Assembly (NCBI GenBank): GCA_037445065.1 | Contig: JBBILD010000001.1 | Coordinates: 195,753 to 259,752 of the forward strand | DNA length: 64,000 nt | Origin: Myxococcales bacterium | Lineage (GTDB): Bacteria > Desulfobacterota > Binatia > HRBIN30 | Direction: 5' to 3' | Part shown: positions 8,716 to 19,369 of the stretch, piece after piece | How positions within the stretch are numbered: position 1 is the first letter of the stretch | How the letters are laid out: every line of letters starts with the position of its first letter | Program-made: the position numbers and the translations under genes | The notes under the pieces: generated by a model | Told to the model about the DNA's origin: nothing | Database searches by the model: none | What the model saw: the letters and a program-made list of their open reading frames with translations, nothing else

Positions 8716-11700
8716 ACCGTACCCCCCGAAGTGACCGGCGACGGTGCCGAGATTCCTCGCCACCGGCGTAACCAGCCCGAGAAGGATTCCAGGTAGGTAT
8801 AGTACACCGGGGTGAGGTAGAGGGTGACGAGTTGGGAGAACAGCAATCCGCCGACGACCGCGACGCCAAGGGGCCGTCTGGATGTTCCCCCTCCACCCAT
8901 GGCAAGCGCGATGGGTAAGGCTCCTAAAAGGGCAGCCATCGTGGTCATCATGATCGGGCGAAAGCGAATCAGGCACCCCTGGACGATCGCTTCCAGCGGC
9001 TCCTTGCCCTCGCGCCGTTGCGCTTCTAGGGCGAAGTCAATTTGCATGATCGCGTTCTTCTTGACGATCCCAATCAAGAGAATGACGCCCACGAACCCAT
9101 ACACATTGAGTTCCATGCCAAAGAGTTCCAGGGCAACCAACGCTCCGAAACCAGCCGAAGGAAGCCCGGAGAGGATCGTCAGCGGGTGCCAGTAGCTCTC
9201 ATAGAGAATGCCGAGCACAAGGTAGATGACGAGTACGGCCGCGATCAGCAGGAGCCACATACCCGTGAGGGAAGCGGTGAAGGCTTGCGCGGCACCCTGA
9301 AAGCTGGTCGTGATGTTTGCCGGCAGTACCTGCTGAGCGACTCGTTCAATGGCAGACACAGCTTGGCTCAACGAGTAGCCCGGGGCCAAGTTGAACGACA
9401 GAGTGACGGCCGGCAGTTGGCCTGCGTGGTTGACCGTCAGCGGTCCCTCTCTACGCTGGAGGCGGGCGAGACCGGTGAGAGGCACCAACTCTCCGTGTGC
9501 GGAGCGCAGGTAGAGCCAGGGAAGCTGTGACGGATCTGTTTGGAATCGGTCCTGCACCTCGAGCAAGACTTTGTACTGGTTGTTCGGCGCGTAAATGGTG
9601 GAAATCCACCGATCTCCGTAAGCCGCGTGTAAGCCGAGTTCGATTTGCTCGGCGCTCACGCCGAGTGTGCTGGCCCGATCGCGGTCAATGACAACGTCGA
9701 GGTACGGGTTCCGCAGTTGCAGGTCGCTAGTGACGTCGCGCAGCTCCGGCAGGGACAGCAGAGCGGCCTCCAATTTGGCTGCGGCTTCGAACAGGGCGCC
9801 TGTGTCCGGACTTTGCAGCGTGAACTGGTACAAACTTTTTGTGAGCTGGCCGCCGATTCGTACAGTCGGCAGCTCTTGCAGAAACACCTTTACCGCAGGA
9901 AAGTGTGCGGTTTTTGCTCGCAAGCGTGCCAAGACCTCAGGCAGTGGTTCCCGCTCGTGCCTCGGTTTGAGGAAAACGAATAACCGGCCTTGGTTGACCG
10001 TGCTGCCCGCCGTGGCACTGGTGCCGATGACGCTGGCCGAGACCACCCTGACGGCGGGGTCGGCGCGGATCACATCCGCAACTGCACTGTGGTACTGCCG
10101 CATCGCCTCGAAGGAAACACCTTGGTCTGCTTCCACAACACCGAAGATCGAGCCAAGGTCATCGTTCGGGATAAAGCCTTTCGGAACCCGGGCAAACAGC
10201 CACAAAGTGATGCCGAGCAGGGCCAGTGAAGCGATGAACGTGGCACGCCGGTAACGCAAAACGAAGCGCAGGCTCTGTCCATAGGCATCGCGTAGGGTGT
10301 CAAAGGCCCGTTCTGACGCTTGGTACCAGCGAGAGCGGCTGGTCCGGTCGTGGTCGCGGAGAAAGCGGCTGCACAACATGGGCGTCAGGGTAAGCGACAC
10401 CACGCCGGAGATGAGGATCGCTACGGAAATCACGACTGCGAATTCATGAAAGAGCCGGCCGACAATTCCGGGCATGAACAGGACGGGGATGAAGACGGCC
10501 ACTAGCGACAGAGTCATGGACACAATTGTGAACCCGATTTCCCTCGCCCCGGTGATCGCGGCTTCGAAGGGAGGGCGCCCGAGTTCTCGGTGGCGCACGA
10601 TGTTCTCCAGCATCACAATTGCGTCGTCCACAACGAAGCCGATCGAAAGAGTGAGCGCGAGTAGGGACAAGTTGTCGACGCTGAAGCCGAGCGGGTACAT
10701 CACAGCGAACGTACCGATCAGGGAGACCGGTAACGCGAGACTCGGAATGACGGTGGCGGGGAGGTCGCGCAGGAACAAGAAAATGACCGCGACGACAAGA
10801 ACGAGCGCCAAGATCATCGTGAACTGCACTTCTCGGACTGACTCGCGAATGGACTCCGACCGATCGAAGAGCACATGCATTTCGATCGCAGGAGGCAGAA
10901 ACCGTTGCAGTTCCGGCAGCAGTCCGCGCACCGCCGAGGCCACCTGAACCGTGTTCGAACCCGGCTGTCGCTGTACGGCGAGCACGATGGCTCGCTGGCG
11001 GCGCTCGAGGTTGCCGAACCAAGTCGCAGCGCGGTCATCCTCGACTCCGTCAATCACGTTTGCGACGTCTGCGAGGCGGACCGGAGCCCCGTTGCGGTAT
11101 GCGATGATTACCGGACGGTACTGCTCTGCCGACAAAAGTTGGCCGGTGGCCAGCACCGTGAATCGCTGAGAGGGGCCTTGTAGGATCCCGGTCGGTAGGT
11201 TCACGTTCGCGCTGCGGATCGCACCTTCGACTTCGTCAATTCCCAAGTTGCGCGCAGCCAGTTCGCGCGGGTCTACTTGCACCCGAATGGCATACTTCTG
11301 TGCTCCGAAGACCAGTACCTGCGCCACATCGGGAACCATCGAGATCCGCTGCGCGATCAAGGTGTCGCCGTACTCATGCAGTTCCCACATCGGCAGCGTC
11401 GCCGAGGTCAGGCTGATGAAGAGAATCGGCTGGTCCGCAGGGTTGACCTTTTGAAAGGTCGGCGGGGAAGGCATGTCGGGCGGCAAGAGAGGCAGTGCTC
11501 GCGCGATTGCGGCCTGGACGTCCTGCGCGGCCGCATCAATGTCCCGGTTCAACTCGAACTGGAGGGTGATTTGCGTGGTACCGAGCGAACTCACCGAGTT
11601 CATGGAGGTGATCCCGGCGATGGTGGAGAACTGGCGTTCGAGAGGGGTGGCAACGGCAGAAGCCATGGTCTCCGGATTCGCGCCAGGAAGGGAGGCACTG

Positions 11701-11840
11701 ACGAGCAGCGTGGGAAAGTCCACGTTCGGCAGGTCGCTGACGGGTAAGGAACGATACGCGAACAAGCCAAACGCCACGAAGGCCACCATCAATAGGGAGG
11801 TGGCAACCGAACGGCGAATGAACAGCTCCGAGAAGCTCAT
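8712..11840 (-). CDS. RND efflux permease (HAE1, MdtB/MdtC-like)
   Basis: About 1040 aa. LPVSDLPNVDFPT, GFVVDDAIVMLENI and IVKKNAIM proton-relay residues, RFRPIMMTT. Confidence 0.95.
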   Translation of the reverse strand: MSFSELFIRRSVATSLLMVAFVAFGLFAYRSLPVSDLPNVDFPTLLVSASLPGANPETMASAVATPLERQFSTIAGITSMNSVSSLGTTQITLQFELNRDIDAAAQDVQAAIARALPLLPPDMPSPPTFQKVNPADQPILFISLTSATLPMWELHEYGDTLIAQRISMVPDVAQVLVFGAQKYAIRVQVDPRELAARNLGIDEVEGAIRSANVNLPTGILQGPSQRFTVLATGQLLSAEQYRPVIIAYRNGAPVRLADVANVIDGVEDDRAATWFGNLERRQRAIVLAVQRQPGSNTVQVASAVRGLLPELQRFLPPAIEMHVLFDRSESIRESVREVQFTMILALVLVVAVIFLFLRDLPATVIPSLALPVSLIGTFAVMYPLGFSVDNLSLLALTLSIGFVVDDAIVMLENIVRHRELGRPPFEAAITGAREIGFTIVSMTLSLVAVFIPVLFMPGIVGRLFHEFAVVISVAILISGVVSLTLTPMLCSRFLRDHDRTSRSRWYQASERAFDTLRDAYGQSLRFVLRYRRATFIASLALLGITLWLFARVPKGFIPNDDLGSIFGVVEADQGVSFEAMRQYHSAVADVIRADPAVRVVSASVIGTSATAGSTVNQGRLFVFLKPRHEREPLPEVLARLRAKTAHFPAVKVFLQELPTVRIGGQLTKSLYQFTLQSPDTGALFEAAAKLEAALLSLPELRDVTSDLQLRNPYLDVVIDRDRASTLGVSAEQIELGLHAAYGDRWISTIYAPNNQYKVLLEVQDRFQTDPSQLPWLYLRSAHGELVPLTGLARLQRREGPLTVNHAGQLPAVTLSFNLAPGYSLSQAVSAIERVAQQVLPANITTSFQGAAQAFTASLTGMWLLLIAAVLVIYLVLGILYESYWHPLTILSGLPSAGFGALVALELFGMELNVYGFVGVILLIGIVKKNAIMQIDFALEAQRREGKEPLEAIVQGCLIRFRPIMMTTMAALLGALPIALAMGGGGTSRRPLGVAVVGGLLFSQLVTLYLTPVYYTYLESFSGWLRRWRGISAPSPVTSGGTV

Positions 11841-13003
11841 GACCTGCCCTGACCCGCTCCCGGCTGCGCAGATCCCGGCGTTCGCGACCGGATCTCGACG
11901 GCAGCCCCGTCCGTGAGGCGGAACTGCCCCTCCGTGACGACCCACTGTCCGGCCTCGAGTTCTCCCTCGACGACCACCTGGTCACCGTACTCGAACACCA
12001 CTCGCAGCGGCGCCACTCGCACGCGGTCTGTCCCTTCAATGCGAAACACGTACGTGCCCTGCTGGCCCACCTGCACCGCGGCGCGCGGAATGACCAGTGC
12101 TCCGGCTACTTGGCCTACGATGAGTTCCAGCGGCACAAACTGTCCTGGCCACAGCTCCTCGCCGGTGTTCGGAAAGGAGGCCTTGAGCAGAACGGTTCCA
12201 GTGGACCGCTGTACCGTGTTGTCAATGAAATCCAGGATGCCCTGCGCGCGTACGTTGGCGTCGTTTGCCGCATCGGCCCAAACCTGCACGGGGAGTCGAA
12301 GTGCAGAGCTGCGGACCTCGGCCAAATCTTGCTCGCGAATCTGGAAGGCCACGCGCACTGGCGACATCTGTTGGACCACGGTGAGCACCGTCTCTTGCTT
12401 GCGCACCACGTTACCCGCATGAACGAACACCTGGCTTGCTCTCCCGGCGAGCGGAGAGCGAATCGAGCAATACTCGAGTTGCAGTTGTGCATCGGCAACC
12501 GCGGCTCGATCGGCTTCGACCGAAGCCTCGAGAGTGGCCACTCGGGTTTGTGCGGCTTCGTTCTCTTCGGCGGAGATCAGACCCTGCTCGAACAGCGCGG
12601 CACGCCTTCTGGCTTCGGCACGGGCATTCGTGAGTTCCGCTTGGTCGCGGCGTAGAGCAGCCTGGCGCTGCCGTAACAGCGCTTCAAAGGGTCGCCGATC
12701 GATCGTGAAGAGGAGTTGACCCTCCTCGACCCGTTGGCCCTCGCTGAAATGCACGGCGGCAATCGCGCCGTCAACCTGTGGCATGATGCGTACAGAGTGC
12801 GGAGATTCGACCGCCCCGATCGCCTTGATGGTGCGCGGCACGGTGCGACGTTCCACTTGTGTGACCGTAACCGGAGCCGGCTTCTGCTGGGTGGTGGGCC
12901 CTCCGGCTTGGTGTTGGTTGCATGCGGAAATGAGGCTGACCAGTCCGCAGAGCAGCGCGGTAAGGAGACGCCCGCACGAGCGGGTCGGGTGCTCAAGGGA
13001 CAC
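11837..13003 (-). CDS. RND periplasmic adaptor subunit (MdtA-like), probable lipoprotein
   Basis: Signal ending LISAC, PQVDGAI, FSEGQRVEEGQLLFTID, IDNTVQRSTGTVLLKA, LWPGQF. Confidence 0.92.
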   Translation of the reverse strand: MSLEHPTRSCGRLLTALLCGLVSLISACNQHQAGGPTTQQKPAPVTVTQVERRTVPRTIKAIGAVESPHSVRIMPQVDGAIAAVHFSEGQRVEEGQLLFTIDRRPFEALLRQRQAALRRDQAELTNARAEARRRAALFEQGLISAEENEAAQTRVATLEASVEADRAAVADAQLQLEYCSIRSPLAGRASQVFVHAGNVVRKQETVLTVVQQMSPVRVAFQIREQDLAEVRSSALRLPVQVWADAANDANVRAQGILDFIDNTVQRSTGTVLLKASFPNTGEELWPGQFVPLELIVGQVAGALVIPRAAVQVGQQGTYVFRIEGTDRVRVAPLRVVFEYGDQVVVEGELEAGQWVVTEGQFRLTDGAAVEIRSRTPGSAQPGAGQGRS

Positions 13004-14414
13004 GCGGAACCTCCACAGGTTTGACTGATTGTTTCAAAAGCTCGCTGCGGGGTGTGGCCGTGGCGCGTTCCAAGGAGGCGAGGGATGTGTGAAGGTTCTG
13101 GACCGATTGGACCAGTTGACCACGCGCTGAGAGGAGTAACGCTTGCGCGTCCGTTAACTCGATCACGCTTCCCACGCCGGTTTCATACCGGCCTTCCGCC
13201 AGGGTGAAGTTCGCTTGTGCTTCCTCTACGGCTCGCTCAGCCACACGGAAAGATTCTTGGGCCTCCCCTGCGCGCAGGAGTGCCTGCCGGACCTCCAAGG
13301 CAATGTCGCGTTGCAGACCGAGCGCTTCAGCTTCGAGTTCCTCTGCTCGCGCCTTTGCCTCTGCAGTTTGTGCCACCACTAGCCCTCCCGAGAACAGGGG
13401 CATTGTGACGGCCGCGCCCACATTCCAATTCGATTGCAGGGGGTAATCCGCTCCTGACCATTCGTACTGACCGCTGCCCTGAACGGTAGGAAGGTGGCTC
13501 TTCTCCAAAAATGAGATTCGCTCCTGGGCGGCGCGTTGCTGAGCGCGGAGGCTCGCCAATTCCGGTCGCTGTTCGTAGGCGCGCTGTACGAGGAGTTCCG
13601 GGTCGAACTGCGGCAGAACTGGGAGCGGTACATCCTCGATGTCGAAGCGAGGTTCTTCTTCCAGGCCGAGGGCGTTGCCCAGAGTCTCACGGCCCAGCCG
13701 GACATTGTTGTGAGCCCGCAAAAGGTTGAGTTCGTTGTTGGCGAGCTGGCTGCGCTGCCGGGTAACATCCAACGGGGGTGCGAGCCCCACCTCGAGGCGC
13801 GCTTGCGCCAGCTCCAAGTGCCTTCGGCTTTGGCGGACTCCTTCCTCAGCGACGCGGACCAGTTGCTGGCTCGCGAGGAGCGCAAAATAGGCTTGTTGCA
13901 CTTGGAAGACGACGTTTGCCCGTTGCGTGTCGAGATCGGCTGCGGCTGCCTCGCTTTCGGCGAGTGCGGCACGTAGTGCGCTGAGGTTTTGACCGAAATC
14001 GAAGAGAAGTTGGGAAAAACTTATGCCGGTATTGAAGAAGTTGAAGGTCTGCGACGCAGTGCCGAGCGTGGTCCCAGTGCGCGCTGCCACGCTCGTATTG
14101 CGGCGGTTCGCCGAGTAAACCGCATCGATCCGCGGTAGGTATGCGGTGGCGGCCTGGCGGGATCGGGCCAGCGCTTGGCTCAATTTTGCCGCGCTCGCGT
14201 GTAGAGAGGGGTGCAGCTCGAGGGCAAGGGCTATGCAATCTTCGAGGGACTTGGTCTCAGCGGGTCCGCGGGCAGGTGCAACGGCGATCGGAAGAAGCAC
14301 AAATGCCAAGATCCAGGTGGGCGAGAGAGCGGACCGACGTTTTCGCCGACTCGCGACCCCGGCTCGTCCCTGGAGCTCCCGCGCGCCCGTTTCGCCAATC
14401 GTCCGGCGCGACAT
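12993..14414 (-). CDS. TolC-family outer membrane efflux protein
   Basis: SLEDCIALALELHPSL, AYLPRID, QLLFDFG, RYETGVGSVIELTDAQ (OEP repeats). Start codon uncertain. Confidence 0.9.
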   Translation of the reverse strand: MSRRTIGETGARELQGRAGVASRRKRRSALSPTWILAFVLLPIAVAPARGPAETKSLEDCIALALELHPSLHASAAKLSQALARSRQAATAYLPRIDAVYSANRRNTSVAARTGTTLGTASQTFNFFNTGISFSQLLFDFGQNLSALRAALAESEAAAADLDTQRANVVFQVQQAYFALLASQQLVRVAEEGVRQSRRHLELAQARLEVGLAPPLDVTRQRSQLANNELNLLRAHNNVRLGRETLGNALGLEEEPRFDIEDVPLPVLPQFDPELLVQRAYEQRPELASLRAQQRAAQERISFLEKSHLPTVQGSGQYEWSGADYPLQSNWNVGAAVTMPLFSGGLVVAQTAEAKARAEELEAEALGLQRDIALEVRQALLRAGEAQESFRVAERAVEEAQANFTLAEGRYETGVGSVIELTDAQALLLSARGQLVQSVQNLHTSLASLERATATPRSELLKQSVKPVEVPRVP

Positions 14415-14435
14415 TCCTGGGATGCATCCTCGCCG

Positions 14436-16202
14436 TCAGAAGCGCGACCACCATGGCGCGGTTTCCTGGGAGCGCGCCTCGACGATCACATTGCGTGCCT
14501 GCAGCAAGGTTCCCTCGACGCGGCGCAGCTCGGCCAGGTCCATGTTGTAGCGCGCCAGCGCCTCCGCCTCTGCCGCCTGAGCTTGCGTGAGGCGGGTGGT
14601 GTAGTCGAGCAAGTCCTTGGTCGTTGCGAGCCCTACCTCGTACCGGGCCCGTTGGCTTCGCACGTTCTCCTCGGCGAGTAAACGAGCGGCGCGCGTTGCT
14701 TCGATGGCCTTGAGGTCGCTTTCCAGATTACTGACCGCGGTTTTGACTTCTAACGTCACTGCCTCTTGGAGTTGTTGCAAGGAGAGGTGCGATTGGGAAA
14801 GCGCGATGTTTGCTTGCGTGTAATTGGCTTTTGCCTGAGCGTTGGTCAGCGGGATTTCGATCGTTGCACCAACGGTGTAGTTGTAAAAGCGCCCATCCGG
14901 GAGCAATCCGAGTGCATCTCCGTAACCGCCAACGAACGAGGGGTTCACTGGGATCACTTGCGGTGGATTGCCAAACGTGACTTTCTGATCCTTGCCCGCG
15001 ACGCCGTTCACTCCGATGCCAGCCACCAGGTTCAGTTGGGGTAGCAACTGGTTCTCGGCTACTTTGCGTTGTAAGGCGCGGGAGCGGACGGCAAGTCGGG
15101 CTGCGAGGAGTTCGGGTCGTTGTTCGACGGCGGTCGCGAGACTGCGCTCGAGATCGATCGGGTAGGCCTCGACTGCCGGTTTCTCGGCACTGTCGATCAT
15201 CAACAGTACGTTTTCTTCCGGTCCCCGCGCGTTGACAAGTGCGCGCAGTTGGTCCCTGGCGACCACCACCGCGTTGCGCGCCCGGATCAGTTGGGCCTCG
15301 CGGTTGGCGACCTCCGCTTGTGCCTCCAGGACCGCCGTTTGCGGCAATGCTCCGACCCGGAACTTGCCTTCGTTCTGCCGCAGTACCTCTCTTGCGAGCG
15401 CCAAACCTTGCTCCTGTACGCGCACGTTTTCTTGCGCGAGCACCAAGCCCCAGTACGCACGCTCGACTTGCGCGATGAGATTCGAAATCGCCGCAACATA
15501 CTGGTGGTAAGCGGATTCTTCCTGGGCCACGGCCGCGTCAACCAATAAAAGGGAGTAACGCCAGCCAAAATTCTGCAAGAGAGGTTGCACCAAATTGACG
15601 CTTAGGTTGGTCGTGTACAGGGGTACGAGCGGGTTGGCGAGCGAGGGATTGGTGACCCGGCGGTTATTGCTGAACTGAACCGAGATCTGGCCGCCGGTGA
15701 GTAAGGTTTTCCGTAAGCCCGCGTTGAGCGTGAAGTTCTGATTGAACAACCTGGGTGATCCGCCGGCGAACAGAATCGTTGTTGCCGGCTGGGTGGCTCG
15801 GTCACGGGTAAGATTCGCGAATGCCTTCGGATCGAAGATCGCTCGCGCTTGCCGTACGGCGGCGCGAGCGGTGAGCGGGTTTAAGCGCTGGATTTGCAGG
15901 GAAGTATTGTTTTGCAGCGCCAACGCAATGCACTGTGCCAAAGTGGTCGGTTGCATGCGCGCTTCGAGCAGGAGACCGTAATGAGAAAGATCCTCTTCCG
16001 CCGCACGCGCGTCCTCGGGTAACTCGCCACTCCATTGGTTCTTCAGCACCTCGGCGAGATTTGGGATTTGATCCAGCAGCTCGACCGCCCGCAGAGTGGG
16101 GCTAGGAACTTCCCCCACGGAGATGGATTCGCGCGGCTCTGTGGCGATCGCGCCTGCGCCCCATAGGAACGCCACCACCGTGATCAGCCACCTTCCTTTC
16201 AT
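14436..16202 (-). CDS. TolC-family outer membrane protein with N-terminal extension
   Basis: Signal peptide, TLAQCIALALQNN, QPLLQNFG, VERAYWGL, NQLLPQLNL, RYEVGLATTKDLL. Confidence 0.9.
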   Translation of the reverse strand: MKGRWLITVVAFLWGAGAIATEPRESISVGEVPSPTLRAVELLDQIPNLAEVLKNQWSGELPEDARAAEEDLSHYGLLLEARMQPTTLAQCIALALQNNTSLQIQRLNPLTARAAVRQARAIFDPKAFANLTRDRATQPATTILFAGGSPRLFNQNFTLNAGLRKTLLTGGQISVQFSNNRRVTNPSLANPLVPLYTTNLSVNLVQPLLQNFGWRYSLLLVDAAVAQEESAYHQYVAAISNLIAQVERAYWGLVLAQENVRVQEQGLALAREVLRQNEGKFRVGALPQTAVLEAQAEVANREAQLIRARNAVVVARDQLRALVNARGPEENVLLMIDSAEKPAVEAYPIDLERSLATAVEQRPELLAARLAVRSRALQRKVAENQLLPQLNLVAGIGVNGVAGKDQKVTFGNPPQVIPVNPSFVGGYGDALGLLPDGRFYNYTVGATIEIPLTNAQAKANYTQANIALSQSHLSLQQLQEAVTLEVKTAVSNLESDLKAIEATRAARLLAEENVRSQRARYEVGLATTKDLLDYTTRLTQAQAAEAEALARYNMDLAELRRVEGTLLQARNVIVEARSQETAPWWSRF

Positions 16203-16234
16203 CGGCGTCCTCCTTACTCGAGATCGCTCGTTTG

Positions 16235-19200
16235 TCAGGCGCGTACCCGCCCGTTCCCGCGCGTCCAGGCCAAGTTGCGCGCGCTGTCGAGGGCGGAGCG
16301 AACGCGCGCCAAAAGACGCGCCTTCCCAAGATCATCGAACAGCGAGTAAGCCACCGGTGTGAGCAGCAGGGTTAGGAGCAAGCACAGAGCCTGCCCACCA
16401 ATGATCACCTTGGCCATCGCAGCGCGAGTTGCGGACCCCGGCCCTTGCCCCAGAGCGATCGGAATCATGCCAGCAATCAGCATGACCGTCGTCATGAGAA
16501 TCGGCCGCAGCCGAACGTGGTTCGCCTCGAGAATGGCGGCGTCTCTCTCCATGCCTTGCGCGCGCAACGTGTTGGTGTAGTCGATTTGCAAGATTCCGTT
16601 CTTCTTGACGATCCCGAAGAGCATGAACAAGCCGAGAACACTGTAAATGTTCAGCGTGTCGCCCAGCATCAGTAAGGAGAGCAAGGCAAAGGGGACGGAG
16701 AGCGGCAGCGCCAACAGGATCGTGATCGGGTGCAACAGGCTTTCGAACTGAGCAGCCAAAATCATGTACATGAAGATCAAGCTCAGTATGAAAGCGATGG
16801 CAAAGTTCGTGCCTGTTTCGCCCAAAGCCTTGGCGCGGCCGCCAAATTCTGCCCGGTACGTAGGAGGCAGATCGAGCTCCTGGATCCGGTGCTGGATCTT
16901 CGCGATGGCTTCGGAAAGCGCGAGCCCCTGCAAGTTCGCCACGATCGTTACTTTACGTTGGCGGCGGAAGTGATCAATTTGTGCCGGCCCGAGAGCCTCG
17001 TTGAGGTCCGCGAGGTTGGCGAGCTTGACCAATATCCCGTTGGGCGCCGACACAGTCAGGTCTCCTAATGCCCGAGGATCCGTGCGGTCCTCCGGCCGTG
17101 CCCGCAGCCACACATCGTACTGTTCCTGGCCTTCCTTGAATTTGGTCACGGGTTCTCCGCCCACGAAGGTGCGCAGTGTGCTGGCAATATCTTCAACCCG
17201 GATTCCGAACTCGGAGGCCTTTTCCCGGTTGATGTGGACGCGCAACTCTGGTTGGCGCACGGACAGGGTCGTGTCCACATCCACGATGCCGGGGATCTTG
17301 CGCATGCCGGCCATGAGTCGCTCGGAGTATTGCTGCAGCTTGTCAATTTCGGGCCCAGTCAGGTCGATTTCGATTTCTGTGTAGCGCTGCCCGCCGCCCA
17401 TGAAGAGGTTGATATTCTGCACGCTGGCACGCAAATCGGGGAACTCCCGCAACAACTTGCGAGCCTCCTCCATGAGCGCAAACTGAGAAATCGAGCGTTG
17501 CGCCAAGTCCGTAAGTTTTACGTAAATGGAACCTTCTGTGACTGGACCCTCGCCCGCGCGCAGGGTGCCACTGGCATCACCAATGGTGGTGAGCAAGTGT
17601 TCGACGTACGGGAGCGAGCGCAAGCGCTGCTCGAGCGCAGCAAAAGTCGCCTCGCTGCGTGCCAGACTGTACCCTTCCGGCGTCTGGACAATCACCTCGA
17701 ACTCGCTTTGGTCATCCTGTGGCAGGAAGTCTTTGCCCACCCAACGAAACAAAGGAACGGTGGATGCCATCGTCATGGCCGATAACACCACGATCACCAA
17801 CCGATGGTGCAGAGACCAGCGCAGGAGCCGCCCGTAGCCACGATCCAGGGCGGCGTAAAAACGTTTGGTTCGGCTCTTCTCCAGCCGCTCAGGGTGGAGC
17901 TTGAGAAATCGCGCACACAGCATGGGCGTAAGCGTGAACGAGATGAGCAGGGACACCATGATGGCGCAGGCCACGGTAATGCCGTAGCTATTGAAAAAGC
18001 GGCCCACTCGCCCGGACATGAAGGCAACCGGCAAGAAGATCACCACCAGGGAAAGTGTGGTCGCCATGACCGCGAGGCTGATTTCTTGCGTGGCGGCGGC
18101 TGCCGCTTGGCGGGGAGGGATGCCCTTTTCTTCTGCGTACCGGAAAATGTTTTCCAGCACGACAACCGCATCGTCAATCACGATGCCGGTGGCCAGCACG
18201 AGTCCGAGCATGGTGATATTGTTCAGTGTGAACCCGAGCCACCGCATCAGTGTAAAGGTGGCGATGATGGAGGTGGGGATCGCGATCGCTGCGATGAGGG
18301 TAGCGCGCAGGTTGGCAAGAAATGCCAACACGGTCAGGCTCACTAGCAGCGCGGCGAGGATGAGATGGAACTGCACTTCCTCGATGGACTTTTTGATGAA
18401 GCGCGAGTGATCGCGCACGATTTGCATCTGGATATCAGGTGGCAACACCCGAGCCAGCTCGCCAAGGCGCTGTTTGATGCGCTCAATCACCTCGACTGTG
18501 TTGGTGCCGCTTTGCTTGCGCACGAGCAGGGAAACCGCGGGCTGCCCGTCCAGCCGCGCCACTGTACGCGGCTCCACGAATCCATCGGTTACCGTAGCGA
18601 TGTCGCCCAAAACGATGGGCCTTCCCTGCACGTTGCCGACGATGAGCCGCTGAAAGTCTTCCACCCGCTCGATCCTGCCCATGGTTCGTAAGGTGAGTTC
18701 CTTACTGCCTTGGTCCACGTGCCCACTCGGCAACTCGAGATTCTGGGAGCGAAGGGCAGAGCGAACTTGCGCGAGGGAAAGGCCGTAAGCCGCGAGCCGC
18801 TGGGCGTCGACCGCGACGTTAATGGCCCGCTCTAGGCCGCCGACCAAAGTGACCGAGCCCACCCCATAAAGCGTCTCGAGGTCTTCCTTGATCAGTTTGC
18901 GGGCGATCTCGGTGACTTCGCGCAAGCTGCGCTTTCCGCCCACGGCGATGGAGAGAATGGGCGAGGCGTCAACGTCGAACTTCATCACCAACGGCGGGTC
19001 GGTACCGGCGGGGAGCTTGGAGGTGATGGCGGCGACTTTGTCGCGCACGTCTTGCGCCGCAGCCTCTCGATTTCGTTCCAGTTGGAAGATCACCACCACG
19101 TGCGACAAACCTTCCTTCGTGGTCGAGCGCAGTTCTTCGATGCCTTCGATCGTGTTCACTGCTTCTTCGATCACCTTGGTGACGCTCGACTCCATCTCTT

Positions 19201-19369
19201 CCACACTGGCGCCCTTCAGCGTCGTGTTCACCACCACGATCGGGAAGTCGATATTGGGAAACAGATCGACCGGTAACTCGCGATAGGAGAAGAGTCCGAG
19301 CACGACCAAGAAGGCGATGCCCATGGTGGCGGCAACGGGCCGCCGGATGCAGATGTCTACGAGCCTCAC
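16235..19369 (-). CDS. RND efflux permease (HAE1/AcrB family)
   Basis: 1044 aa. LPVDLFPNIDFP, GIVIDDAVVVLENI, IVKKNGIL, RLRPILMTT. Confidence 0.95.
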   Translation of the reverse strand: MRLVDICIRRPVAATMGIAFLVVLGLFSYRELPVDLFPNIDFPIVVVNTTLKGASVEEMESSVTKVIEEAVNTIEGIEELRSTTKEGLSHVVVIFQLERNREAAAQDVRDKVAAITSKLPAGTDPPLVMKFDVDASPILSIAVGGKRSLREVTEIARKLIKEDLETLYGVGSVTLVGGLERAINVAVDAQRLAAYGLSLAQVRSALRSQNLELPSGHVDQGSKELTLRTMGRIERVEDFQRLIVGNVQGRPIVLGDIATVTDGFVEPRTVARLDGQPAVSLLVRKQSGTNTVEVIERIKQRLGELARVLPPDIQMQIVRDHSRFIKKSIEEVQFHLILAALLVSLTVLAFLANLRATLIAAIAIPTSIIATFTLMRWLGFTLNNITMLGLVLATGIVIDDAVVVLENIFRYAEEKGIPPRQAAAAATQEISLAVMATTLSLVVIFLPVAFMSGRVGRFFNSYGITVACAIMVSLLISFTLTPMLCARFLKLHPERLEKSRTKRFYAALDRGYGRLLRWSLHHRLVIVVLSAMTMASTVPLFRWVGKDFLPQDDQSEFEVIVQTPEGYSLARSEATFAALEQRLRSLPYVEHLLTTIGDASGTLRAGEGPVTEGSIYVKLTDLAQRSISQFALMEEARKLLREFPDLRASVQNINLFMGGGQRYTEIEIDLTGPEIDKLQQYSERLMAGMRKIPGIVDVDTTLSVRQPELRVHINREKASEFGIRVEDIASTLRTFVGGEPVTKFKEGQEQYDVWLRARPEDRTDPRALGDLTVSAPNGILVKLANLADLNEALGPAQIDHFRRQRKVTIVANLQGLALSEAIAKIQHRIQELDLPPTYRAEFGGRAKALGETGTNFAIAFILSLIFMYMILAAQFESLLHPITILLALPLSVPFALLSLLMLGDTLNIYSVLGLFMLFGIVKKNGILQIDYTNTLRAQGMERDAAILEANHVRLRPILMTTVMLIAGMIPIALGQGPGSATRAAMAKVIIGGQALCLLLTLLLTPVAYSLFDDLGKARLLARVRSALDSARNLAWTRGNGRVRA